A stretch of 64,000 nucleotides of DNA from a virus (Duplodnaviria > Caudoviricetes): IMG/VR virus record IMGVR_UViG_3300029305_001557, positions 1-64,000 of that record. The stretch is one strand, 5' to 3'. Made by a program: the position numbers and the translations under genes. Shown in pieces: positions 25,046-34,850 of the stretch; the stretch's first letter is position 1; each line of letters opens with the position of its first letter. The notes beneath the pieces are model-generated. The model worked only from the letters and a program-made list of their open reading frames with translations. It searched no databases and had not been told where the DNA came from.

Positions 25046-26369
25046 CTCCTATCACATTATCTGCTTCGACAGGCTGACCGTCATCGGTGAAATTAGTGTC
25101 ATTAGTCTCAGCGTATATCTCAGAGAAATCCATTACATCAAAGTTCCAATTCATCATAACTTTACCTGTAACACCCTCACGCTGTTTTAACACTTTCAAA
25201 CACATTTCTCTATCACTCAGCATAACCTCATCTCTATACAGAGCGAGAATATCATCAGAGTCTTGACCAATAGCTTGTGTATACATAATAGACCCTAATT
25301 CGGGACCCGTCTTCTTAGAAGTATTCTTGTCTGCCTGAGTGTTAATAAAAATCGGGATTTTACACCTCTTCGCTAACTTCTTCAGGTCTCGGGTAATATG
25401 AGCTACACGCAACCAATCATCTTTAGCCCCTTGGTCATCTTCCATAAGGTAAACACCGTCAATAAGCACTACATCAGGCTTATGCTTGTCTATCTCAGCA
25501 GAAACACCCATAACACCGCTTGCTGTAGCAATAATTAAAGGCTCACAATTCGGCAGGTCATTCTCCAAGAACTCAAAATAACTCTTTTCTTGTTCAAGAG
25601 ATAAAGTGCCGCTTTTGAAAGCATTATAATTAAGCTCACCGTACATCATACTAAAGAGCATAGCTTCGTAACGGTCTCTCATAATATCCTCACTCATCTC
25701 AGTCACGAACTGTAACACTTTACAATTCTGAAGCTGACAATAAGCACCTATAAGAATTTCAAACCAAGTTTTACCTACACCTGTATTAGCAATAAGGGTA
25801 GTCAAAGTCTCTTTCTTCAAGCCCTTCGTTATATAGTCAAGGTGTTTAATACCGTAGGGAAGACCAAGCATACCTTTAGTCTCTTTTTTCTTCTTATAAG
25901 CTTCAATACGGTCTTCCGTATTTTTAGTAATATCACAAGAGGTCTGCTCTTCAACCTCACTCTCTATGTAGGCAATTTCTTTTTTCAAAAGAGAATAAGC
26001 GGTGTCCGTGTCAAAATCTTCAATCTTCTTGACAACCTCTTCCATAACTTCAGCTAAAGAATTATGCTTAACTTTCTTTCGTAGCTCATTGCACCAAAAC
26101 TTAATATTCTCTTCTGTGCCTACTACTTCAACACCGTCTCTGACAACAGTTTCAAGGTCATAATTCGGGAATTTTCTTTCAAAAACCCGAACAGTGGGAA
26201 CTTCACCGTCAGAAAGAACAGAGTCATATATAAATTGGAAAGCTCGTCTATGCTCCCCTGAAAAATATGTAGCTTTTATCTGAGCGTCTTTAATGCTAAG
26301 AATATCCTTAGTTTCAAGAAGCTTCGATATAAGCCCACACTCGACATTAAAAGGTTTATTGCCTGCCAT
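25029..26369 (-). CDS. dnaB: DnaB-like replicative helicase
   Basis: ANTGVGKT, TEMS, VLIDGVYLM, QDSD, KQREG. Confidence 0.93.
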   Translation of the reverse strand: MAGNKPFNVECGLISKLLETKDILSIKDAQIKATYFSGEHRRAFQFIYDSVLSDGEVPTVRVFERKFPNYDLETVVRDGVEVVGTEENIKFWCNELRKKVKHNSLAEVMEEVVKKIEDFDTDTAYSLLKKEIAYIESEVEEQTSCDITKNTEDRIEAYKKKKETKGMLGLPYGIKHLDYITKGLKKETLTTLIANTGVGKTWFEILIGAYCQLQNCKVLQFVTEMSEDIMRDRYEAMLFSMMYGELNYNAFKSGTLSLEQEKSYFEFLENDLPNCEPLIIATASGVMGVSAEIDKHKPDVVLIDGVYLMEDDQGAKDDWLRVAHITRDLKKLAKRCKIPIFINTQADKNTSKKTGPELGSIMYTQAIGQDSDDILALYRDEVMLSDREMCLKVLKQREGVTGKVMMNWNFDVMDFSEIYAETNDTNFTDDGQPVEADNVIGVDEIE

Positions 26370-26796
26370 TTTGAGACCTCCTTACATACTCATTTAATCG
26401 GCTTAAAGGGATTGCGTAAGAGCTATTGATAATGCTCCTGCGATAATCGTCTTCATCTACATATAAGGTAATATCACCTATAAGCAAACGCTGACTTATC
26501 TGAATGTCCTTTTCAACAACAACTATGCGACTAAAAGGTAGGTCTTCTAAGATATGTTTCATTTCCTCGGTATAATTCTCTCTGAGAACAACGAGGTCTA
26601 CCACATATTCAGTATGACGATAAAAGTACTCCATTGCACTTCGATATGTAGGGTCTATCTCTGCTCGGGATAGTTTACCTATAATGGCATTAAGTATTTT
26701 ATTCTTTACTCCTTCAGTCTTGTAGCGGATAAGGCTGTCTTCACAACGAAACGCTATAACCTTACCTACAGTGTTAGCTAAATCTCCGTGTCTCAT
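26356..26796 (-). CDS. Hypothetical protein (degenerate HAD-like)
   Basis: Coupled ORF in the replication operon. Confidence 0.7.
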   Translation of the reverse strand: MRHGDLANTVGKVIAFRCEDSLIRYKTEGVKNKILNAIIGKLSRAEIDPTYRSAMEYFYRHTEYVVDLVVLRENYTEEMKHILEDLPFSRIVVVEKDIQISQRLLIGDITLYVDEDDYRRSIINSSYAIPLSRLNEYVRRSQNGRQ

Positions 26797-26798
26797 AG

Positions 26799-27437
26799 CT
26801 ACACCTTCTTATCGTAATACTCTTTACGCTTGTCTATGCCCTCAATTTTTATTGGGGTCATATTTCCCTTCAAAAGAGAAGCGACACTTGCACCGTAACG
26901 ACTCTCAATATCTTTCGGGGATAAATTGGTACAGATAACAGTAACAAGCCCATTATCTTCTCTATACCTCAAAAGGTCTTCAAGGATAGGAGCTGACGCT
27001 TTGGAGTCTACTTCTTTTCCCACTTCTTCAAGAACAAGAAACTCCACAGCTTTGTAGTTATTAAAGAGGTCATCTTCTGCCGACTCTTTCTCATCAATAC
27101 TTCTCGCACTCCATACGAGCGTGTATCGAGACATATAGTCTACAAAAGTTACTCTCCGAGTAGAATAACGGTGCTTGTACGCTTCTTTAGCAACAATACA
27201 CGCTATCAAAGTCTTACCAACACCATTACTTCCAAATAAACACAATCCACCTAATTTGTCAAGAGACTGCCACCTCATATTAGAAATATAACGAGCAATG
27301 CAATCCTGCACTTCTTCAAGGTCGGAACTACCATAAGTCTTAAAGTTCTCTATAGTAACTTCGTGAAACTTTTTAGGAATACCAATAAGACTCAAACTTT
27401 TTGGGGATAGATATTTTCTCTCCGGTCTCATTCCCAA
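26799..27437 (-). CDS. DnaC/IstB-like ATPase (helicase loader)
   Basis: GSNGVGKT, FLVLEEVGKE, TVICTNL. Confidence 0.88.
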   Translation of the reverse strand: MGMRPERKYLSPKSLSLIGIPKKFHEVTIENFKTYGSSDLEEVQDCIARYISNMRWQSLDKLGGLCLFGSNGVGKTLIACIVAKEAYKHRYSTRRVTFVDYMSRYTLVWSARSIDEKESAEDDLFNNYKAVEFLVLEEVGKEVDSKASAPILEDLLRYREDNGLVTVICTNLSPKDIESRYGASVASLLKGNMTPIKIEGIDKRKEYYDKKV

Positions 27438-28015
27438 TCACCTACTTTCGCTTTATCAGTAGTTGTATCTCCTGACCACTCTCTCGTTACTTTCTGCTTT
27501 ACAGGTCGCACAGTCGGGTCATACTCATCATTAGCCCACAAAATACTGTCTCTATAAATTGTATTACACCAAGTACTTGATAAAACTGTGGGCTGAGTTA
27601 TATTTTTATCCAAGTAGTTCTGTTCACTGCAAAAGATAAACTCTATCATTAAGCAGATTTCCCTCGGCTCGTAATCAGTCTGCAACTTTTTGAAGATACC
27701 CAAATCTCTCTTCATATTTGCAATAACATATTTAACCCCTACTTCTCTTGCTTTCTCTCTGAAAAAGTACATCAAATCGTGGGTAGTAAAGCTGTCTACC
27801 GTATTCTCAATATCTTCATACTTTTTAAGAAAGGAAGAATACCTGTCTGAAGATACATTGCGTTTTCTACTCTCAGCATAGCCTGTCTTAAAAGGCTTTC
27901 GAGACTTATCCACACTTTCCACAGACTTTTCCACAGGGGTGACTAAACACTGTTTTCGGGACTCACGAAACGAATTAGCTAAGTCCATAACACTTTGTTT
28001 TCTCACGCTTTTCAC
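27428..28015 (-). CDS. Hypothetical protein, candidate replication initiator
   Basis: First gene of the loader-helicase-primase operon; contains DnaA-box-like 9-mers at 27906-27935. Confidence 0.65.
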   Translation of the reverse strand: MKSVRKQSVMDLANSFRESRKQCLVTPVEKSVESVDKSRKPFKTGYAESRKRNVSSDRYSSFLKKYEDIENTVDSFTTHDLMYFFREKAREVGVKYVIANMKRDLGIFKKLQTDYEPREICLMIEFIFCSEQNYLDKNITQPTVLSSTWCNTIYRDSILWANDEYDPTVRPVKQKVTREWSGDTTTDKAKVGDWE

Positions 28016-28044
28016 TCCCTTTAATATTATAAAGCTACAATTAC

Positions 28045-28073
28045 ATTATAGCATAAATTTCAAAATTAGGCAA
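28045..28073 (-). promoter_or_regulatory. SigA-type promoter TTGCCT-17-TATAAT
   Basis: Read directly. Confidence 0.65.
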
Positions 28074-28118
28074 ATAGAGAGGGAAGCACCGTAATAGTAC
28101 AACCCTCTCTACTCAATG

Positions 28119-28508
28119 TTAGTAGTCTTCACCTGCGGTAGCAAGTACCGACTCTTCAAGAACTTCATCAATGATAGCTTCAACACGAGCAAAAGCTTCC
28201 TTAACGGTTTCACCTTCGTGAACAGTATCAGATAACCAACAGTCTACTCTCAAAGACTCATAATTCTCCATATTCTTAGTACAGCCTTTCGACATTCCAA
28301 AAGTCTGCCCTACATAAGAGTCTATAGTCTTTTTCTTCGCTGTGGTCTGCTTTACTTCGTGGTCGAGAGGTTTACCCTTCTTAATGGTCTCATAGCCATT
28401 ACGAGCTGTACCTCTCTGAATAGTAGTATTTGCTCTTGCATTATCACGCAACTGCTCTTCCTGCTGTGACTTCAACTTTTTCAACTGAGAACTCAGTGAC
28501 TTCGCCAT
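28119..28508 (-). CDS. Hypothetical phage protein (NMENYESLRVD motif)
   Basis: GGAGG RBS. Confidence 0.75.
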   Translation of the reverse strand: MAKSLSSQLKKLKSQQEEQLRDNARANTTIQRGTARNGYETIKKGKPLDHEVKQTTAKKKTIDSYVGQTFGMSKGCTKNMENYESLRVDCWLSDTVHEGETVKEAFARVEAIIDEVLEESVLATAGEDY

Positions 28509-28528
28509 AATTACACCTCCTATATTCT

Positions 28529-28876
28529 TTAGATAATGCCGAATTTTTCATTGTCTTTGACAGTAATAACAATATCAAAATCCTCATTGGAAAGAGAAAT
28601 CTGACTCTTGTTACCCTTATCTGCAAAGGCATTTACAATGTAATTTCCTTCAGATAAATGGAACTCACGCTGAACACAATCGACAACGGACTCCATTTTC
28701 TTAATAGAAATCTCTTTGGACTTTGCTTCATCAGCTTCTGCCTGAGCAGTTAAAGCTTTCTTCTCTTCATCGTTAATATGAGGATTTTCTTCCTCCACAA
28801 CTTCGGGAGCAGACGCTTCTACTTCCTTAGATAAAGCTTCAACTTCGGCTTCTTTCTTACGCATTTTCAGTGCCAC
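28529..28876 (-). CDS. Hypothetical acidic protein (115 aa)
   Basis: GGAGG RBS, GTG start. Confidence 0.75.
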   Translation of the reverse strand: MALKMRKKEAEVEALSKEVEASAPEVVEEENPHINDEEKKALTAQAEADEAKSKEISIKKMESVVDCVQREFHLSEGNYIVNAFADKGNKSQISLSNEDFDIVITVKDNEKFGII

Positions 28877-28878
28877 AA

Positions 28879-29199
28879 TTACTTACCTCCATTAGCATAT
28901 TTATCTCGTAAAATTGCAAGCTCTTTATGTACCCAAGTACTAAAAGAGGTATTTGCAATCGAGAGACCTTGTTTAATTTTAGCTTTCTCAGCACAGCGAA
29001 CAATAGCATCAATCTGTTCCTGAGAATACAGTCTTCTTCCCCTTTCGTCTTTGAAACAAGGGTCGGGGATAACCCCTGCAATCTCCCACTTACGAATAGC
29101 ATTAGTAGAGCGTCCTAAAGCACTTGCAAGAGTGCCAATATAAAATAACTCTATCTTCTGACCGTTAGGGAGAACAAAGTCTTTCTTAACTGCCGGCAT
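28879..29199 (-). CDS. MerR-like helix-turn-helix protein
   Basis: FYIGTLASALGRSTNAIRKWE..GVIP...GRRLYS. Confidence 0.8.
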   Translation of the reverse strand: MPAVKKDFVLPNGQKIELFYIGTLASALGRSTNAIRKWEIAGVIPDPCFKDERGRRLYSQEQIDAIVRCAEKAKIKQGLSIANTSFSTWVHKELAILRDKYANGGK

Positions 29200-29696
29200 T
29201 ACTTCTTCCCTCCTTTGGGAACAAGACGAGACTTCTTAGAAGCCGCCATAGCGACTTCTGTCTGCTCAACTTCAGCCATTTCCTCCTTACGCTTTAAGTC
29301 AATAGCATAAGATACCTTAGTTGTTGTGATGTCTTCGAGGTCTTCAAAAGAAATGTCGCCTGTATTGATACGACCTTCAACAGCTTCTTCGTTAATGACT
29401 TCAACAGTCGTAATACAGTCATCATAACCGTGTTCTCTGAAATATGAGAGAGCTTTCTCCTGATTAAAGGAGACGGACTTCTTGCACTGCTTACCGTAGA
29501 TAAACTGCTCGTCTTCTGCATAGAACGACCCCTTGTCATCTTTGACACCAACCTTTTCAGCGTTAGCTTTAATTTGGTCTGCCAAATACTTCATTCGGTC
29601 TTCAATCTTTTTCTTCTGCTCCCTCAGCGAGTCATATTCGGATAACATTGCTCCAATAGGGAGAGAAATAACTGTTGCTTTACTTTTTGCGTTCAT
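29199..29696 (-). CDS. Hypothetical coiled-coil protein (Gam/Gp157-like shape)
   Basis: GAAAGGAG RBS before MNAKS; helical N-terminal half. Confidence 0.7.
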   Translation of the reverse strand: MNAKSKATVISLPIGAMLSEYDSLREQKKKIEDRMKYLADQIKANAEKVGVKDDKGSFYAEDEQFIYGKQCKKSVSFNQEKALSYFREHGYDDCITTVEVINEEAVEGRINTGDISFEDLEDITTTKVSYAIDLKRKEEMAEVEQTEVAMAASKKSRLVPKGGKK

Positions 29697-29746
29697 AACA
29701 CTTCTCCTTTCAGCATTGTTTGATTGTAACGCTTTTTGTAATAATA

Positions 29747-29775
29747 AGTATAGCACAAAAGAAGAAAATTGTCAA
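29747..29775 (-). promoter_or_regulatory. SigA-type promoter TTGACA-17-TATACT
   Basis: Read directly. Confidence 0.8.
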
Positions 29776-31364
29776 TATCCTCTTTTGAAAATGCTACGCT
29801 TTTGTTGAGGATTTTCGCCCTCAATAATAAACCCAAGTTTTTTATATCTACGGTCACGAGTAGCTCCGTGATTAGCTAAAGAATAAACATAAGGAACACG
29901 ATAGTCATATAGAACTGCCGTTGACAACTTATTAGACTCTTTAACTCTGCGAATACGACCTACAGCTTGTTCAGTGTTCTTTTCATTATTTATAGAAGAA
30001 ACAAGGAACTCAACTTCCCACTGCTTAACATTTGTACCCTCTGTAGCTTTAGCATAGGTAGTTAAAGTAACATAAGGTCTTTGCTTCTCCGCTTTTTCAA
30101 GAACAGACTTATTATCAGGGTTATCTCCATAGTATAAGCCAATAGACTCTTCAGGAATAAACTCTTTCAGAGCTTCAAAATATGACCGACACTGCTCTTT
30201 TTGAGTGAAAAACAAAATACAGCTATGTCCTCTATCATACTCAATAGCAACATCTCCACACACTTGTGCTTTATAGACTTCATCATTCACCACAAAATTA
30301 TCTACAACCTGATAGCTTAATGTAGGACGGTCTTTATATGGAATTTCAGAGATACGGACATAACCGTGTTTCATTTCTACTTCCGCAGGAGCGTATAAGT
30401 CAATGAGCTTATATACAGGGTGTTCATCTGTACCGATATTCTGAAAAAGAGGGTCAAAATACACAAAGGATTTTCTCTTAATCACCTTAACAGGGAGTAT
30501 GTCATTCTCTCCGTCTGTCTCTTTATCGTCCTCATACTTGAAAACAATAGAACCATAGTAAAGGTTCATAATGTGGTCAAGTCCGTCAGAACGCTCGGGA
30601 GTAGCAGTAAGTCCCAATCTGTAACGAGGTCTAAAATTAGAGACCACTGAGTAAGAGCTTGCAGGGCAATGGTGCATTTCATCTTGAATAACAAAACCAA
30701 AAGTGCTATATAGTTTTTTTAAGTCCTCTGCACTTAAACGATTTAAGGTCTGCACAGTAGCTATTGTGATAAAATGACCAATCTCTCGACTCTTTGCTTT
30801 TATTAGACCTGCGTGTACTTTATTATCAAAGGCAAGAGCTATATCTTTCTTCCACCCTTCTACAAGGTCATCTTTATGCACCACAATTAAAGTCTTACAC
30901 GATAATTGAGACGCAATATATAAGCCAAGAATAGATTTACCCTTACCTGTAGGCAACTGAATAATACTCTGAGGTGGAATAGAGTCCTTAACTGATAAAT
31001 AGTTTTCAGCCGCTTTCTCTTGGTCTTCTCTAAGAGTCAAAACAAAAGGTGCGTGGTCTACCTGTGAATACACTCTTTCATCAACGACTTCTAATCTGCC
31101 TGACACTACAGAAAAAATATCAAAACCTATCGGAACTTTTATACACGGCTCTCCGTTATAACGACCTTGCTCATAATACATAAGAGACGGTGGAATAGCT
31201 ACCCGACTATAACGAGAAAACCTAAGAGCGTTTCTATAAGCAGGGTTATCAAAAGTGAGCTTATTCTTTATTGCCGTAATCTCATCAGCAGAGGGACTAC
31301 ATAAAATCTGACCGTCAGCTATAATAAGCTTTCTACGATTTACTTTTTTAAGTACCACAAACAT
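29772..31364 (-). CDS. Superfamily 2 (DEAD/DEAH-like) helicase
   Basis: LREDQ, PTGKGKS, QDEMHH, GLTATPER, QAVGRIRR; start approximate. Confidence 0.92.
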   Translation of the reverse strand: MFVVLKKVNRRKLIIADGQILCSPSADEITAIKNKLTFDNPAYRNALRFSRYSRVAIPPSLMYYEQGRYNGEPCIKVPIGFDIFSVVSGRLEVVDERVYSQVDHAPFVLTLREDQEKAAENYLSVKDSIPPQSIIQLPTGKGKSILGLYIASQLSCKTLIVVHKDDLVEGWKKDIALAFDNKVHAGLIKAKSREIGHFITIATVQTLNRLSAEDLKKLYSTFGFVIQDEMHHCPASSYSVVSNFRPRYRLGLTATPERSDGLDHIMNLYYGSIVFKYEDDKETDGENDILPVKVIKRKSFVYFDPLFQNIGTDEHPVYKLIDLYAPAEVEMKHGYVRISEIPYKDRPTLSYQVVDNFVVNDEVYKAQVCGDVAIEYDRGHSCILFFTQKEQCRSYFEALKEFIPEESIGLYYGDNPDNKSVLEKAEKQRPYVTLTTYAKATEGTNVKQWEVEFLVSSINNEKNTEQAVGRIRRVKESNKLSTAVLYDYRVPYVYSLANHGATRDRRYKKLGFIIEGENPQQKRSIFKRGY

Positions 31365-31394
31365 TCTCCTTTCTTGTTTATTTGGTCTACGCTT

Positions 31395-31423
31395 ATTATA
31401 ACATAAATTGAAGCGTTTGTCAA
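31395..31423 (-). promoter_or_regulatory. SigA-type promoter TTGACA-17-TATAAT
   Basis: Perfect consensus. Confidence 0.85.
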
Positions 31424-31448
31424 AACTAAAAGGCACTCCCTCGATGTG

Positions 31449-31572
31449 AAGAAGTGCCTTGTTTCAGGGTCTGCATTATCTACCTAATACTACTTATATA
31501 AGCTATATAGTATATTATATAATATTACATAACTTAATAAATATTCCCATAGGGAATGTCGGCAAGCCGACA
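31449..31572. repeat. Structured AT-rich intergenic element, copy B (related to 5818-5943)
   Basis: AAGAAGTGCCT..TCAGG..GCATT..TACCTAATA, AT tract, ATTCCC/GGGAAT and TGTCGGC/GCCGACA hairpins. Confidence 0.7.
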
Positions 31573-31573
31573 A

Positions 31574-31936
31574 TCACTCTTTTTGGATTTCAGGAGATAA
31601 AGTCTGAGTAATTAAAATATTCGCTTTGTCATTAGATACTAACCAATTCTTCATCTGAGATACAGCGTCCTCAATTAGCTTATCAATCTGTTTCTCAGTA
31701 AAAAAGAACTTACACACCGCAGGTAACTTATCATACAGCCACGAAGTAACTGCGGCATATTTAAGTGTGCCTGTACCACCACCAAATTCAGCTTCTGCTT
31801 CACACACAAGGTAGAAGCAAATCTGCTTGGCATACTTAGTATAACCCTTCTTAATCAGCACCACAAGGGCAATGATGAAGAGTAAAACGACAAGAATAGA
31901 ACTCCAATGGAGCGTGATAAAATCAATGAAACTCAT
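31574..31936 (-). CDS. Holin (LL-H-like)
   Basis: N-terminal TM helix, LV.EAE..FG.GTG..K..V, next to the lysin. Confidence 0.75.
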   Translation of the reverse strand: MSFIDFITLHWSSILVVLLFIIALVVLIKKGYTKYAKQICFYLVCEAEAEFGGGTGTLKYAAVTSWLYDKLPAVCKFFFTEKQIDKLIEDAVSQMKNWLVSNDKANILITQTLSPEIQKE

Positions 31937-31951
31937 AACGATTTCCTCCGT

Positions 31952-33649
31952 TTATTTAAGCATTTGATTCACTCTGTTTTGAACAGCTTTCGGGTCATAG
32001 CCTGCCTGAGTCAACTTGGTAACTCTTGTAGCACCATTTCCCCACTTACCTTGAATTACCTCTTTGGCAATTTCATCAATGGATTTCAGTGAAGACTTAA
32101 CTGACTGAATACAGTCAATAGCAACCCAAGTATTGATACCTGCAAGTCGGGCAGTCGTACCCTTCTTTATTTTATACCCTAAAAGGACACACTTTTTACC
32201 GCCTTTAATTACTTCCTTACCGTTAGAGGTAGTAGCAGTAATAATATGGGTATAGTCATTCTTTACCCACGCAGGGATTTTAGCAGAAACAGGATTGTAC
32301 TTCTCACCCACGATTTTAACTTCATCTCCCACTTTGAAAGCAGGGGTAGGGTTAGAGGTAGAGGTCGAGGGTTTAACCGTTTCTGAGGGCTTCTGTGGGG
32401 TCTCAGTAGGGGTCGTGGACGGAACAACAGGAGCTTGGTTTACGGAAGTAAATCCATTAAGCTTTGCAGAACGAATAACTGTGGGGTAATCCTTATAGGC
32501 AATATCGAGGTCTACATTGCCGTTAATACCGTCAACCTTACCTGTAGACGAGTACTGCCACATACCTGTAATGGACTTATTTGCATAAGTACAAGCAGAA
32601 GCCCACTGAGCTACCCAATGGTCGAAACGAGTAAGCTTAGAGTCATCGAGAATATTCTTTAACCAATTCAGATTACTGTATAAAGAACACCAATAACCTG
32701 CTTTCTCAATGATGTCGCCGAAAGCAATCACCATATTGGTTAAAACAGTCTTTCCGAGAGCTTGCTGTTTCGGGTCTTCGAGGTCAAAAGAAATCGGGTA
32801 GGTGAACACACCCTTATACTTATTTAAGGTGTCTACAACAAACTGAGCTTCCTTCTTTGCCGCTTCAACAGACATAGCGTAGGAGTAGAAGTAGCAACCT
32901 ACATTTACACCTGCTTTAACAGCATTAACGACATTCTTGTGGAAGTAGGAGTCTACACCACACTGAGTACCGTCAGAAGAGCCATAGCCCAATCTAATCA
33001 TAGCAAACTTAATACCCGAAGCTTTTACTTTCGCCCAATCAATCTCTCCCTGCCACTTAGACACATCAATGCCCTTTACTTCAGTCTTTGAAGTAGTGGG
33101 GGCAATGTTGGAAGAAGTTTCATAGGTCACATAAGGAAGCTTACCGTGTTTAGTCCAATTTCTACGCTTATAACCTGACTTAGTGCAGTTGCAAGCAGTG
33201 ATTTGGACTTTGTTAGCCCACGCAGGAGTACATTCAACAGCAAGACCGTCTCCTACATACACACCTATGTGTCCGGGACACCATACTGCTTCACCCACTT
33301 CAATTTTATTGAAATCGGTAGAAAGATTAGAGCATTTCGTAATCATTGTGTCAGCACCGATGTCGGGAACACCATTAGACTGATATGTCGCCCCACCGTA
33401 TGTCTTTGAAGGGTCTGCAACGAACCCCCAAAGAACGCTCTTAATAAGGCATACACAGTCAAAAGCAAAGGTATCGTCAGTTGCCGCTTCGATGAATTTC
33501 ACTCTGTCAGGGTCGGTATTCCAAGAGTTTTTATAAGCTCTCTGTTTACCTTTTGCGTTTAAGGGATAGCCTATACCTCCCATAACATACAAAGTTTTTA
33601 CATTCTTAGCAATGTGTATCAACTTTGCCGCAAGTTCTTTATTTGTCAT
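31952..33649 (-). CDS. Endolysin: NlpC/P60-like domain, GH25 muramidase, SH3-like and CW_7-like binding domains
   Basis: FDCVCLIK...GHIGVYVG; GIDVSKWQG...FDLED...WQYSSTG.V.GING.VDLD; IDEIAKEVIQGKWGNG. Confidence 0.9.
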   Translation of the reverse strand: MTNKELAAKLIHIAKNVKTLYVMGGIGYPLNAKGKQRAYKNSWNTDPDRVKFIEAATDDTFAFDCVCLIKSVLWGFVADPSKTYGGATYQSNGVPDIGADTMITKCSNLSTDFNKIEVGEAVWCPGHIGVYVGDGLAVECTPAWANKVQITACNCTKSGYKRRNWTKHGKLPYVTYETSSNIAPTTSKTEVKGIDVSKWQGEIDWAKVKASGIKFAMIRLGYGSSDGTQCGVDSYFHKNVVNAVKAGVNVGCYFYSYAMSVEAAKKEAQFVVDTLNKYKGVFTYPISFDLEDPKQQALGKTVLTNMVIAFGDIIEKAGYWCSLYSNLNWLKNILDDSKLTRFDHWVAQWASACTYANKSITGMWQYSSTGKVDGINGNVDLDIAYKDYPTVIRSAKLNGFTSVNQAPVVPSTTPTETPQKPSETVKPSTSTSNPTPAFKVGDEVKIVGEKYNPVSAKIPAWVKNDYTHIITATTSNGKEVIKGGKKCVLLGYKIKKGTTARLAGINTWVAIDCIQSVKSSLKSIDEIAKEVIQGKWGNGATRVTKLTQAGYDPKAVQNRVNQMLK

Positions 33650-33663
33650 CTTAGCTACCTCCT

Positions 33664-34056
33664 TTAATAGCTTTGAATGTTAATATCTTCATTGACAGCT
33701 TCCTGCATAGTCATATCGACTTTTGAGTCAAGAGCTTCCTCTACAGAAGATATTTCTTTATCTATTAAACAAATCTCTTTAGGATTTTTCTTCGCCATTT
33801 TGATTTTATATTCTAAGAATGAAATCTTAAAGCGGAAGATGTTTTCCATTTTAGACTTGTTTAAGTAGAAAACGATAGTCGCTCCTGCTATACCTCCTGT
33901 TAAGGGGAGAACATACATAAATACTGATGTATCTCTCCCCTCATAGGAGAACCATATAGCAAGGGCTACAGTGATAACAAAGACAAGAACAGTAACCCAC
34001 AACACTTGCTTAGTAGTTGTAAAGTTCTTCTCTTTCTTTGTTTTTCGCTTAGCCAT
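33664..34056 (-). CDS. Two-TM membrane protein of the lysis module
   Basis: Two hydrophobic helices. Confidence 0.7.
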   Translation of the reverse strand: MAKRKTKKEKNFTTTKQVLWVTVLVFVITVALAIWFSYEGRDTSVFMYVLPLTGGIAGATIVFYLNKSKMENIFRFKISFLEYKIKMAKKNPKEICLIDKEISSVEEALDSKVDMTMQEAVNEDINIQSY

Positions 34057-34058
34057 AC

Positions 34059-34394
34059 TTACACACCACCTTGAATAACAAGTGCAAGAACAGCACCGAT
34101 AACTGCTCCAACAATGGTAGTGATAATACAGCTTATAATTGTTCGCTTGTAATGCTTAAAATCCTCCGCAGGAGCTTCTTTCAAGTTCTTAACATCAGCC
34201 TTTAACTCTTTCTGCTCTTCTACCATAGTGCTAACAGTAAGGGTTAAACGGTCAACGGAACGAGTCAAAGAGTTCATTGCTTCCTGCTGATTTTCACATT
34301 TTACAAGCCTATGCTCAATCTCTTCGATTTCGTGCTTAAAGTCACTATGCTCCAAGATAAGCTTTTCGTATTCTTTTTGGGTCAATTCGTGCAT
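34059..34394 (-). CDS. Coiled-coil protein with C-terminal TM (XhlA-like)
   Basis: Heptad repeats followed by a hydrophobic tail. Confidence 0.65.
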   Translation of the reverse strand: MHELTQKEYEKLILEHSDFKHEIEEIEHRLVKCENQQEAMNSLTRSVDRLTLTVSTMVEEQKELKADVKNLKEAPAEDFKHYKRTIISCIITTIVGAVIGAVLALVIQGGV

Positions 34395-34506
34395 ACCCTA
34401 CACTCCTTTCTGTAAGATTGGGTATTTTAGTACCCAATCTCCACAAAAAGTAGGCGGGTATCTACGGTTGTTTTTGCTTTTCTGCCACGACATTGTACAG
34501 GGACTA

Positions 34507-34635
34507 TTAGTCCACAATGAGGTCTGCAAGGTCAAGAGCAGTAAGCTCCTCAGCAACCTTAGCTTTGAGGGTAGCAGGAACTTGTGCATAAGTTCTTCTA
34601 CCTGCAATGATAAGAGCAACATAAACAGCGACCAT
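34507..34635 (-). CDS. CD1375/XkdX-like small protein (42 aa)
   Basis: MVAVYVALIIAGRRTYAQVPATLKAKV; GGAGG RBS. Confidence 0.75.
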   Translation of the reverse strand: MVAVYVALIIAGRRTYAQVPATLKAKVAEELTALDLADLIVD

Positions 34636-34681
34636 TTCATTTGTACCTCCTTTCAACAAGATTAGAAAACACAGGCGAATT

Positions 34682-34849
34682 TTAAGCCACATAAGGCTCA
34701 CCTGTAATCTCTTCATAGCGTTCAGGAGTGATATAGCCACGAGCAACATCATTCTTTAAGATAGATTTAACTTCTCTCTTTAAGCTGTCAGGTACTTGCG
34801 ACCAAGTTCTCTTTCCTGCATACAGCAATTCAACATAAACTTGTGCCAT
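34682..34849 (-). CDS. CD1375 plus XkdX-like small protein (55 aa), absent from the ORF track
   Basis: Translated by hand: MAQVYVELLYAGKRTWSQVPDSLKREVKSILKNDVARGYITPERYEEITGEPYVA. Confidence 0.75.
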   Translation of the reverse strand: MAQVYVELLYAGKRTWSQVPDSLKREVKSILKNDVARGYITPERYEEITGEPYVA

Positions 34850-34850
34850 A

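Noticed and set aside
34398-34640. 80-aa ORF MKWSLFMLLL...
   Set aside because: It overlaps, in another frame, the CD1375/XkdX-like ORF (34507-34635), which has a recognisable family pattern and a paralog next door.
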